64,000 bases of DNA from Halobacteriovoraceae bacterium. Lineage in GTDB: Bacteria > Bdellovibrionota > Bacteriovoracia > Bacteriovoracales > Bacteriovoracaceae. The stretch is from NCBI GenBank assembly GCA_963719505.1, contig CAVRCF010000005.1, positions 224,001 through 288,000 on the forward strand. The letters run 5' to 3'. Below the pieces are notes generated by a model, which did not search any database, was not told the origin of the DNA, and saw only the letters and a list, made by a program, of their open reading frames with translations. The position numbers and the translations under genes are program-made. Of this stretch, positions 30,165 to 39,175 are shown one piece after another (the first letter of the stretch is position 1; each line of letters opens with the position of its first letter).

Positions 30165-31391
30165 ATGTTTAGTGACTTAATCGTTTTTGCCACTGCGACA
30201 GCACTGGCCTTTGGCATTAAGTCACTGACGAAGAACTTGTTGTGGGTCATTCCCACATCAATGATTGCTGGCTTTTTAGTTTTTATCGGCTCAACTGAAG
30301 TCTTGGGTTTTTATAAGCTTTCAAGCCATTTCTCTTTTTATATTGATATCCTTCTCGCTTATATCTTTGGAAGTTTTCCTCTATCCATTTCTTCCGTAGA
30401 TAAATCATTTTTTAGTAAAGTAAAAACTCTTTGGCAGTATTCAGCTTTGCAATACGTCTCCCAGTGGGGGATATCTCTGGTTATAGTGATCTTAGTGCTA
30501 AAGGGTCTCTTTCCCTTTCTTACTGATCAGTTTTCTGTTGTGTTGCCTGCTGGTTTTGCCGGAGGCCATGGGTCAGCTGCAGTAGTGGGGGATATCCTGG
30601 GCAAGATGGGCTTTCAAGAAGCCTTGACCCTAACGATGACAATGGCCACCGTTGGTGCTCTTTTCTCACTAGTCGGTGGCGTTGCGTGGATCTACTGGGG
30701 AAGACGAAAAGGGTACCTTGAAAACATTAATTTTGATGTCCAAATCGAAAATAAAAAACCTTTTTATATAAATCCTAAAACCTTTATTGTTTTAACTGCA
30801 GCGATTATTGTGGCTTTTTTCTTAAAGCCTTTTTTCTCAAATCTTTTGCGCTTTGAGATCCCAATCTTTGCTGTAACAGTTGCAGTCTCTGCGGCGATTA
30901 GATTCGTTAGACCAAAAATAAAAATTCATGCCCTCACTCTTGAGAAAACCACAAACTTTTCAACAGACTTTCTTGTGCTCATTGGAATAGCAGGGATTAA
31001 GATCTTTGTCGTTGAACTCTATATCTGGCCTCTTGTTATTATGTCACTCGTTGGACTATCTCTTTGTATTATCTACTTTAGATGCCTAGGTATGCGGGTT
31101 TTTGAAGAAGATTCATTTACTAAAGCGGTTTTTACCTGGGGGTGGTCAGTTGGTGGACTCGTCTTTGGTTTGGCCTTAGTTAAGATGATTAAGAAACAAG
31201 ATAATATGGGAATTCTTGAACAATTTGCTTTCACCTATCTCATGCTCGCTCCAATTGAAATTGGTCTGCTTTTATCCATGCCTTTTCTCACAACCAAAGG
31301 CATCGCCCTTTACGCCGCTATACCCCTGTTATTATTGGCACTTATACTCATAAAGATTCTTGCTGGAAAAGCCGATAAGGTATTGAAATAA
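30165..31391 (+). CDS. Sodium/glutamate symporter family protein (GltS-like)
   Basis: Multi-TM; GFAGGHGSAA motif. Confidence 0.78.
   Translation: MFSDLIVFATATALAFGIKSLTKNLLWVIPTSMIAGFLVFIGSTEVLGFYKLSSHFSFYIDILLAYIFGSFPLSISSVDKSFFSKVKTLWQYSALQYVSQWGISLVIVILVLKGLFPFLTDQFSVVLPAGFAGGHGSAAVVGDILGKMGFQEALTLTMTMATVGALFSLVGGVAWIYWGRRKGYLENINFDVQIENKKPFYINPKTFIVLTAAIIVAFFLKPFFSNLLRFEIPIFAVTVAVSAAIRFVRPKIKIHALTLEKTTNFSTDFLVLIGIAGIKIFVVELYIWPLVIMSLVGLSLCIIYFRCLGMRVFEEDSFTKAVFTWGWSVGGLVFGLALVKMIKKQDNMGILEQFAFTYLMLAPIEIGLLLSMPFLTTKGIALYAAIPLLLLALILIKILAGKADKVLK
31351..31378 (+). promoter_or_regulatory. Putative sigma28 (FliA) promoter
   Basis: TAAAG-N15-GCCGATAA, consensus boxes, 65 bp upstream of ORF 31444. 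Confidence 0.65.
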
Positions 31392-31443
31392 CAGTTGTGT
31401 TACCAATTAAAAATCTCTCTTTAGTTGGACTAGGTATAATGAA

Positions 31444-33459
31444 ATGATGAAGCTAATACTCTTATTCATATTAACTGTCTCAGTTGTTGCTGCACCTAAA
31501 AAAGATGAAGCTAAGGAAGAAGTAGATCTTGCTGTATCCGCAATTTACGAGAAAAGAAATGAAGACCAGATTGTTGAAGGTAATGAACTTTTAAAAAGTT
31601 GTAAATCCGAATTTAAAGACGATATTAATGGTGCTGAAGATTGTATTAACAAAGCTATAAAGAATTTCAAAGAAGAAGATCTGGAAAAGATTGCAGATAA
31701 AATTAAACTTGGCTCTTATGATACCAAAGCCTCTAAAAGTGCCAAAACGATTAGAGAATATTTGTCTGAAAGAATGAGTAATGCTCTTAGAGGCGCACCA
31801 AAAAACGGCGTGAAAGAAATTTCAATTAGAGATATGAAATTTGTTGATCACGCAGTTTACGCAAAAATTTATAGATCACAAATAGGTAAAAATATTCTTT
31901 TAGAAACCACTAATTACTGCCTTTCCAATTTTGGATACAAGGGAGAGCCAGGATACCTAGTTACACCTGTTGGTGTACCTATTGCAGGTCCTGATGGTGA
32001 TTTTGGCTCAACCCAAGCTATTGCGATAAAAGAGGCGGGAAAAGTACAAGATACAGCGTCTATCACAGGTGCAGTTGAAGTTTCAAAATTAAATAGTAAA
32101 AAATACGAGACTATAGATTGGAGTACTGTTAAGCCAACTCAAGTTTCAACAGACAGTTCATTTTGGAAGGAGAAAGCCACTGAATTTGAGCTTTGTGACG
32201 AAATGAAAGAAGACTCTGGTGAATGTAAGTATGAAGACAAAAAAGTGAGAAGCTCTTCAATAGTTTCAGCTTTTAAAGACTTCGAATTTGATATTGGTCC
32301 AGATTATATGAAATCAAAAATCTCTTTTTGTACTCAGCACGTCGTGAGAAACATGTGTGAAGTTTATAGATGTAGAAATGTCTATACTACAACTTCTAAA
32401 AAAGAGGCTTTGGACTATTGTACTGAACTTGGTATGAACGTAACGTATACAAGTCAAATAACCCCACTCCCAACAGATGGTGACGAAGCTGCGGGAATAA
32501 AGGCTTGTGGACTTGTCGATAGACTTAAAGAATACCGAAAAGTTATTGGTGCTCTAGGAGAGATAGATAAATTAAATGATTCCAGTAAAGTTGGAGATAA
32601 AGGTTTTGCCATAACAAGTACTTTTTCAAAAACATATAATGGTGGTAAAGGCGAAAAATCCATAGAAGATATTACCACCATTGCCTCTGCTGAATTTAAA
32701 GACGTTAAATTTGTCGATGAAGCTGAGCTGCAAAAACTAAAAGATGAATGTTTTGTTGGTGGAGAATTTGATAGCTCAAACAAAGATTGTGAAGTTCTTG
32801 TAAAAAATGAACTAGACGAAGAAAAATCCTTATCCATTAGAGCAGAAATGGAAGCTGAAACATCCGCTTATTTAGAAAGAGTTAATCAACTCAAAGAGAA
32901 AAATGACAAAGAAGGTTTACTTGAATTTCTAAAAGAGCAAGGTTTAGATGCAAAATATGGAGATTTGGAACCCGAAGAGTTGGCAAAATTAATCGAGGAT
33001 CAATATAAATCTCAAAGAGCATCATTGAAAAAGTCGATGATGGATAAATATAATAAAACGAGGGATGCTGGGAAGGGGGCACCGACTGATGAAGCTAAGG
33101 CAACAGCAAAAGCAGAGGCTCTTGCTGATGTTGCAAAGTCTAATGTCGTCAATATGGAAAAAGAAAAAGAAAAACTTGAAACTCTTTTACAATACAATAA
33201 TATTTTAACTTCTTATCTTGGCGCTACTATTGGCAGTGGAGATGATAAAGTTGAGACAACTTTATCCTACCAAAGACAAATAGAACTTGATCAAGGAAAT
33301 GATGAATTTGTTGATAAATATGAAACTTACTTTGATGACCAAGGCGCTTCTCAGTCGACAGAAAATACAAACTTACAGGTTGATTTAAACTTTATTGATT
33401 CTTTATTGGGTAATTCGAAAGAGTCAGATGCAGTATTAGAGAAAAAAGGACCTAATTAA
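31444..33459 (+). CDS. Large secreted Cys-containing, coiled-coil hypothetical protein
   Basis: Signal peptide, 671 aa. Confidence 0.8.
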   Translation: MMKLILLFILTVSVVAAPKKDEAKEEVDLAVSAIYEKRNEDQIVEGNELLKSCKSEFKDDINGAEDCINKAIKNFKEEDLEKIADKIKLGSYDTKASKSAKTIREYLSERMSNALRGAPKNGVKEISIRDMKFVDHAVYAKIYRSQIGKNILLETTNYCLSNFGYKGEPGYLVTPVGVPIAGPDGDFGSTQAIAIKEAGKVQDTASITGAVEVSKLNSKKYETIDWSTVKPTQVSTDSSFWKEKATEFELCDEMKEDSGECKYEDKKVRSSSIVSAFKDFEFDIGPDYMKSKISFCTQHVVRNMCEVYRCRNVYTTTSKKEALDYCTELGMNVTYTSQITPLPTDGDEAAGIKACGLVDRLKEYRKVIGALGEIDKLNDSSKVGDKGFAITSTFSKTYNGGKGEKSIEDITTIASAEFKDVKFVDEAELQKLKDECFVGGEFDSSNKDCEVLVKNELDEEKSLSIRAEMEAETSAYLERVNQLKEKNDKEGLLEFLKEQGLDAKYGDLEPEELAKLIEDQYKSQRASLKKSMMDKYNKTRDAGKGAPTDEAKATAKAEALADVAKSNVVNMEKEKEKLETLLQYNNILTSYLGATIGSGDDKVETTLSYQRQIELDQGNDEFVDKYETYFDDQGASQSTENTNLQVDLNFIDSLLGNSKESDAVLEKKGPN

Positions 33460-33461
33460 AA

Positions 33462-34886
33462 ATGTTACTTAAGCTCCTCTGTGTTTTTATTATTTTCTCC
33501 TGTGCTCAAGCCCCTAAAGTAAAGAAAATAAAGGTCCTTCCCAAAGATATATATTCAAATTTTAGAAATATTGATCTTTTTTATGGCCCCAATTACTCAT
33601 ATTTCCAACCAATTGCTTATCCTCTTAGTAAGTCTGAGATGACAGTCGATATCATAGAGTCACCGATTGGGACCTTGTGCAAAGTTGGCTTCTACGGAGT
33701 GGCAAGTGCACAAAAGAGTTTCACGTTGACTGCTAAAAATGCTGGAGAATTTAGGGCCATCTATTGTCGTTACAATAACTTTCTAGATTATGGATCCATG
33801 GAAATAAGAGTAAAGTACACGATTAAAAAATATGAAGTTGTTGAAACAAAAGTCGACAAAAGAGCGACTGAAGTCCTTTTTAAAAGCTTTTTAACTAATC
33901 CCAGTAAAGACCTTATCGACTATAGTGTAGAGTCTTCTCCAGTAAATGGCTTTCTTATTTTGGATGAAGATAACAAATATACTGCCTCTAAAAAAGTCTA
34001 TGATTCTACGGTAAAGATCCAGTCCTATAGTCTGTCGAAATATCCAATTAATTGCAAGATTGGTGAATTTGCCATTGATAGAAACCAGTCTTATATTGTT
34101 CATAATTTTACAGGTCTTGTTAGTTGTTCTGCCAAAGAGAAGGTCGTTGTCACCTTTAAATCTCAAAGCCAAACAAGCCTTCGCAATAGACTCAATGAAG
34201 CCACTAAACCTGAGGAGCTCTTTGATGAGCAAAAATTAGAACTCAATGAACAGCTTTTCTCGATAGATACATCTATAGAAAATAGAGTCTCTGATTTTGA
34301 ATTGGCCGTAAAGTCTGCTAGAAAAAATAAATACTCTAAGCTTTTTGATCATCAGGTAAGTGGAAAGAGTACCTTGCAAAATTATCAAGTAAAATTGAGT
34401 CCTCATACTGTGAAGTATGTTGTTGATGGAACTATTCGCTTTACTCAAGAAGTTTCTCGAGTCTCAATTTTTGTTAACTCACACCTTAAAACGAATCTGT
34501 TTGAGTTCGATGCTTTAAATCATCTTTTTGGCCACAATCAATTGGAAGAAATTAGTGAAGTTAGAGATGAGGCTTTTTCAGTATGTGAAGAGTCTGTCGG
34601 TATTTACTACAAGACAGGTAAGATTAAAGCATCTTCTGAATGTACTAAAAAAACGATTCCACTGGATTTTTATCGCTCAAATAAGTTTATTGCCTCTGGT
34701 GATTCACTTGGGGATGGTAAGTTCAAATGGGAAAAAATTGGTGTTCGCTACAACGCTTTTTTAAATGACGAGCAGATCTCTAATCTTGTTTTTAAAGCTA
34801 AAAAAGGTAAACAGTCAGTGCTGGAAGCCCGCGATGATGCATCGATCATCAATAATGAAGTCCAATCAAGTCTTAGTCCTTATTAA
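33462..34886 (+). CDS. Hypothetical lipoprotein
   Basis: Lipobox IFSC, 474 aa. Confidence 0.75.
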   Translation: MLLKLLCVFIIFSCAQAPKVKKIKVLPKDIYSNFRNIDLFYGPNYSYFQPIAYPLSKSEMTVDIIESPIGTLCKVGFYGVASAQKSFTLTAKNAGEFRAIYCRYNNFLDYGSMEIRVKYTIKKYEVVETKVDKRATEVLFKSFLTNPSKDLIDYSVESSPVNGFLILDEDNKYTASKKVYDSTVKIQSYSLSKYPINCKIGEFAIDRNQSYIVHNFTGLVSCSAKEKVVVTFKSQSQTSLRNRLNEATKPEELFDEQKLELNEQLFSIDTSIENRVSDFELAVKSARKNKYSKLFDHQVSGKSTLQNYQVKLSPHTVKYVVDGTIRFTQEVSRVSIFVNSHLKTNLFEFDALNHLFGHNQLEEISEVRDEAFSVCEESVGIYYKTGKIKASSECTKKTIPLDFYRSNKFIASGDSLGDGKFKWEKIGVRYNAFLNDEQISNLVFKAKKGKQSVLEARDDASIINNEVQSSLSPY

Positions 34887-34978
34887 CCTTGTGCCAATCT
34901 TTTTGGGCTCAATTCTTATCAATATTTTCCTATATGCAGTTTTTTCACAGATTCGATGAATCGTGGTTATAATAAGTC

Positions 34979-35845
34979 ATGCTAAAAGTTAATAATCTAT
35001 CCAAAAAGTACAATGGCCTCATGGTTCTTGACGATATTTCTCTTTCATTCGAGGAGGGAAAGTTTATTACCCTTCTTGGAAAAAATGGCTCCGGTAAGTC
35101 TACTTTGATGAGATTAATCTCCGGTGAGGAACTCTCCAACGATGGCTCCGTTTCCTATCAGGGAGAGGATCTTTCAAAAATGGGATTTTCTAAGACTGGC
35201 GAAATAGGTTTTGTTCACGAAAAACTAAATTATGTGGGGCAAGATTCTATCGGGGATTTTATCTCTAAAATTTCAACTCTTTTTGACAACTGGGATCAAG
35301 AGTATTTTGAGTTTCTTTGTAAGAAAAGAAAGATCTCTTTAGAAAATAGCTTTGAGATGTACTCTAGAGGTCAAAAGATGCAAATTGCTCTGATGATCAA
35401 TATGAGTATGGGGGCCAAGCTTCTTTTGCTCGATGAGATTACTTCAGTCATTGATGTTCACGGAAGGAAGTTCTTTTTAGATGAACTCAAAAAGTTTGTG
35501 CAAAAAGGCAATACCGTTATAATGACGACCAATATTATTAATGAACTTGAGTTCTACACAGACCAACTTGTGATTTTAAAAAACTCAAAAATTGAACTTA
35601 ATATTGATGTTGCAAATTTGGAATACGACTTTATAAAAGTTAGAAAAGTTAAAGACTCTACAAGTGATTTCTTCGAATCCAAGGATTTGATCTGGTCAGG
35701 TGTTAATTCAGATCTTTCAGTCTCGTATATCGTTTCTAAAGATAAGGTTTCTCGAGAGAGTTTGGAAGAGGATATCATTGATAGAAGGGGAGTCACTTTA
35801 GAGGATGTCTTTGTCTATTACTTCTCTGAAGAAGAGGTGCAGTAA
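34979..35845 (+). CDS. ABC transporter ATP-binding protein
   Basis: GKNGSGKS, YSRGQ, LLLDE, TLEDVF. Confidence 0.88.
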   Translation: MLKVNNLSKKYNGLMVLDDISLSFEEGKFITLLGKNGSGKSTLMRLISGEELSNDGSVSYQGEDLSKMGFSKTGEIGFVHEKLNYVGQDSIGDFISKISTLFDNWDQEYFEFLCKKRKISLENSFEMYSRGQKMQIALMINMSMGAKLLLLDEITSVIDVHGRKFFLDELKKFVQKGNTVIMTTNIINELEFYTDQLVILKNSKIELNIDVANLEYDFIKVRKVKDSTSDFFESKDLIWSGVNSDLSVSYIVSKDKVSRESLEEDIIDRRGVTLEDVFVYYFSEEEVQ

Positions 35846-37089
35846 TGATGAAACTCATAAAAGTGTTTTTGACGCCTTTTCTTAAATTGTGGAGTGTCTA
35901 TTTTGCTCTCCATCTTTTCCTTGTGCTCTCCATTAATGCAATTGGTATCTCCTCTTTAAGGGGTAGTTTTTCCGAAGTCATCCTTTTTGTCTTTTTCGGT
36001 TTTCTTCTGATTTCTCCAATTTATTTGAATAATAAAACGAACGTCTTTGTAAAAAATATAAGCTGGATGATTAACTCTTCGAGAAATCGAACTCAGCTTG
36101 TCATCTACTATCACTTAGAACTTATTGTTAGGATCGTGCTAACAGCACTTCCTTTCATCATTTATTATTATACCCTCTCAACTTTTGCAAAGGACGATAC
36201 ATCAGTCGATTCATTTTTACCCGATAATAGCCTCCTTCTATTCCTTGGAACATGGGCATCGGCCAACTTTTTAGGTCTATCGATGGGTGCACTAAATAAG
36301 AATCATCAACTGAGAGCAAGAAAGAAAAATTCTTTTAAAAAGAATCTTCTCTATATAACTTTGTTTCTTTTCGGTATTTACATGGGGGGAGTCATTATTG
36401 AATCTCCTTTGGCCGTAGAAGCATTTTTAATTATCATGTCTTTTTTATTTTTAGTTTACGTTTATTCGACACACTTTGTTCTTTTTCGAACACGGACTCG
36501 TAAGCTTATTTCTATCATCGGATCAGTAATTCTTTTTATTCCTTCAGTTTCTACGCTAGGTACAGCTTTTAAAAATGTAGAGTCCGGAGTTAATCCAATT
36601 GAAAATTATTTTGCTTTAGGATCGCTTGTAAGTTTTGCTGATATTAAAAATAGAAATGAAATTTTTCAGTCCATCGAAGATAAGCATAAAATAAAGAGGT
36701 TTATCGAAATTTCTGAAAGTTCTGAAGATTTAAATACAATTGCTAAGATTAACGCTAGCAATGGAGTTAAATTAAATCATTTTCTATTAATTTGGACGCA
36801 AAGACGACTAGAAGTATTTGAGCTAGAGGATCTTATCTCTAGATTAGAGGGCTTTTCTGACAAAGATCAAAGTCAAATTATTGAGGCAAGATCACTTAGA
36901 GGTATCACTGGTAGGTTTATAATTGCCAATGAGGACTTCATAGATGACCTTATTGCAAGTGGCTCAAAGGTGAGGCAAGCCGTGGCTTTGGAGCTTGAAG
37001 CGACTAGAAAGACTAAAAAAGAGCTTGAATCCTTTAAAAATGGCCTCTCACTCAATCTCACGGATAAGGAATTAGAAGCAATTGAGTAG
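35845..37089 (+). CDS. Membrane protein, probable ABC permease partner
   Basis: About 7 TM segments, 1-bp overlap with ABC ATPase. Confidence 0.7.
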   Translation: MMKLIKVFLTPFLKLWSVYFALHLFLVLSINAIGISSLRGSFSEVILFVFFGFLLISPIYLNNKTNVFVKNISWMINSSRNRTQLVIYYHLELIVRIVLTALPFIIYYYTLSTFAKDDTSVDSFLPDNSLLLFLGTWASANFLGLSMGALNKNHQLRARKKNSFKKNLLYITLFLFGIYMGGVIIESPLAVEAFLIIMSFLFLVYVYSTHFVLFRTRTRKLISIIGSVILFIPSVSTLGTAFKNVESGVNPIENYFALGSLVSFADIKNRNEIFQSIEDKHKIKRFIEISESSEDLNTIAKINASNGVKLNHFLLIWTQRRLEVFELEDLISRLEGFSDKDQSQIIEARSLRGITGRFIIANEDFIDDLIASGSKVRQAVALELEATRKTKKELESFKNGLSLNLTDKELEAIE

Positions 37090-37172
37090 TTAAAGGTGTG
37101 AAAATTTAGGTATATCCCCTTTTATTTGTCTTACCTTCGGTGTAGGTTGTCGCCTTAACACTGGGGAAAGAT

Positions 37173-37751
37173 ATGATTAAAAGGTTAGGGGTAATTGCCC
37201 TATTATTGATTTCGTTTTCAAGTATTGCTGCAGATATTGAAAGCTTGGAAAAACTCTTCACAAAAAATTATAATTCATTCTATACGCCTAGGTTCTGTGG
37301 CCGAAATATCGAAAAATTTGTCAAAGTTGCTCATCAAAACGGTATTGATCTAAGCAACTCATACGTCGCCAAGATTGTCGGTGGTGGTTTTTTAGAGACA
37401 AGTGCCTTTTACTCTCGCACCAATCCAAATGATAGAGTTATGATTGGATATTTTCACATGGTTTTAGTCGCTGATGGATATGTGTTTGACTTTGATCTAG
37501 GGGAGCCCGCTGTTCTCAAGCTCTCAGACTATGTAAGGCTTCAATTTACGCCTCCTTATGAGCCTTTTAGAATTTACGGTATTGACTACACAGCTAAAAG
37601 CAATCCTGGATCTTGGGATGTAACGGCATTTGAGACACTCAAATATGGTCGTGGAATCGAGTCCAAGCTTTGGAAAAAACAGATAAAAGATCTTATTTCA
37701 ATGGATAGAATGATGAGCACTCATAGAATGGGTGTTCTCAATAGCTTATAA
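37173..37751 (+). CDS. Secreted hypothetical protein with papain-like Cys-His-Asp pattern
   Basis: Signal peptide; YTPRFCGRN, YFHMVL, VFDFD. Confidence 0.65.
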   Translation: MIKRLGVIALLLISFSSIAADIESLEKLFTKNYNSFYTPRFCGRNIEKFVKVAHQNGIDLSNSYVAKIVGGGFLETSAFYSRTNPNDRVMIGYFHMVLVADGYVFDFDLGEPAVLKLSDYVRLQFTPPYEPFRIYGIDYTAKSNPGSWDVTAFETLKYGRGIESKLWKKQIKDLISMDRMMSTHRMGVLNSL

Positions 37752-37842
37752 ATGAGAAAAATTAGATAACCAATATTTTATTATTAATATGGATCTACTA
37801 AGAGCATTCGACTAAAGTGCAAAAAAACTTCAAAGGATCAAT

Positions 37843-38253
37843 ATGAGATTTTTATTTTTAATATTTCTTTTATCAGTAAGCACGAGCGCTCTAGCTGAGA
37901 CGGGAATAAAGATTACACAAAACAAATATGGTAAGGTTAAGGTTCTCTATGTGACATCAGAAACGGCACTTGGTCTTGAAGAATTTGATGATACTTATAA
38001 TAACCTTTTATCGGCTTGCTTTTACGGAAAGACTTCTCATATTAAATCAATCTTAGTCAAAATGGCAGAGAATTCTGGGATCTCAGATTCTCAGGGTATC
38101 CCTTTTCCAACTTATGATGAAGATGGATATGAACTAGAAGGGAACTTTATCTCGATTGAGAATACTGCCTTGGCCTTAGCCGTGGCTATTAACTATAACT
38201 ACACTGACGAGCTTGGAATCAATCTTGATTTAGAGCTTAGAAGTTGCAAATAA
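37843..38253 (+). CDS. Secreted hypothetical protein
   Basis: AAGGA RBS, signal peptide ALA. Confidence 0.72.
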   Translation: MRFLFLIFLLSVSTSALAETGIKITQNKYGKVKVLYVTSETALGLEEFDDTYNNLLSACFYGKTSHIKSILVKMAENSGISDSQGIPFPTYDEDGYELEGNFISIENTALALAVAINYNYTDELGINLDLELRSCK

Positions 38254-38270
38254 ATATAACGGAGCAAAGT

Positions 38271-38726
38271 ATGAAAAATTCAATAGGGCTTATTCTTTTA
38301 TTTATCTCATCATTATCTTTCGGATCAACGACATACGATATTGAATGTGTCTCTGACGAAGCCTATACAGATCTTGGGTCAGCAAACCTCAAGTTAAAGT
38401 CAAAGATAACAGTTAATGGCGAGAATAATTACGTTTTAGATCGTGGATCATTTCAGTTTTTTATCGAAGATGCTTGGACTGACCAGAATGTTTCTGTTGA
38501 TTCCATTGAAAATTACAAAAAATACAATCCAAGAGTCTATAAGGGATATGCAAAGTTTCCAAGTATATCGAGAGAGTTTTTTGGTAAGGTGGATTTTATA
38601 GTTCCACACGAGGCCCTTTTAACGGGTGCAAATTCTTTTACTGGAGTTTTCATTCTTACTTGGGTTGAAGATCACTGGGGCGGAACTATAACGGCAGAAT
38701 GTGAGTTAGAGGCTCCAGTACTATAA
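38271..38726 (+). CDS. Secreted hypothetical protein
   Basis: GGAG RBS, signal peptide. Confidence 0.72.
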   Translation: MKNSIGLILLFISSLSFGSTTYDIECVSDEAYTDLGSANLKLKSKITVNGENNYVLDRGSFQFFIEDAWTDQNVSVDSIENYKKYNPRVYKGYAKFPSISREFFGKVDFIVPHEALLTGANSFTGVFILTWVEDHWGGTITAECELEAPVL

Positions 38727-38735
38727 GAATGAATG

Positions 38736-38751
38736 CGCACGATAAGAAACA
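38736..38751 (+). repeat. Left copy of 16-bp direct repeat (attL-like half dif site)
   Basis: CGCACGATAAGAAACA, identical to 46929-46944. Confidence 0.8.
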
Positions 38752-39112
38752 ATGAGCCAACACATACTTTTTAATAACTTAAGAATACCTACGATATCAA
38801 TCATTTATTAGTCTTAACCAACGTCTATCCCATCTGAGAGGGGGTAAGCGTTGGTCGTACAGTTGAATAAGTATGAACAAGGTTGAACACCTTTTTTACT
38901 TGTCGGTCCCCTTAAAGACCCCTCGTGAATATCTCATTACTTACTCTTAATATAACAAATGATCACTGATCAAAGCAGAAATCGCCACTTATTTTTGTCG
39001 AATATCTGGATCTTTAAATTTTTTCCCATCCTTAATTTAAATTAATTTACGATGGTTAGTCCCTGTTTAAGGGTGTTAAGAACTTTTCTACATGGCATTA
39101 AGAAATCTTACA

Positions 39113-39139
39113 TAAATTACTTCTTGTTCTGTCCGATAC
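39113..39139 (+). promoter_or_regulatory. Possible sigma28 promoter of island operon
   Basis: TAAA-N15-TCCGATAC. Confidence 0.4.
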
Positions 39140-39175
39140 TGTATCCAACCAATCAACTATCTTTTTGAGGTTCAT

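Noticed and set aside
37173-38726. Co-oriented small genes as a possible integron cassette array
   Set aside because: No attC-like RYYYAAC/GTTRRRY repeats or integrase; genes have their own RBSs.
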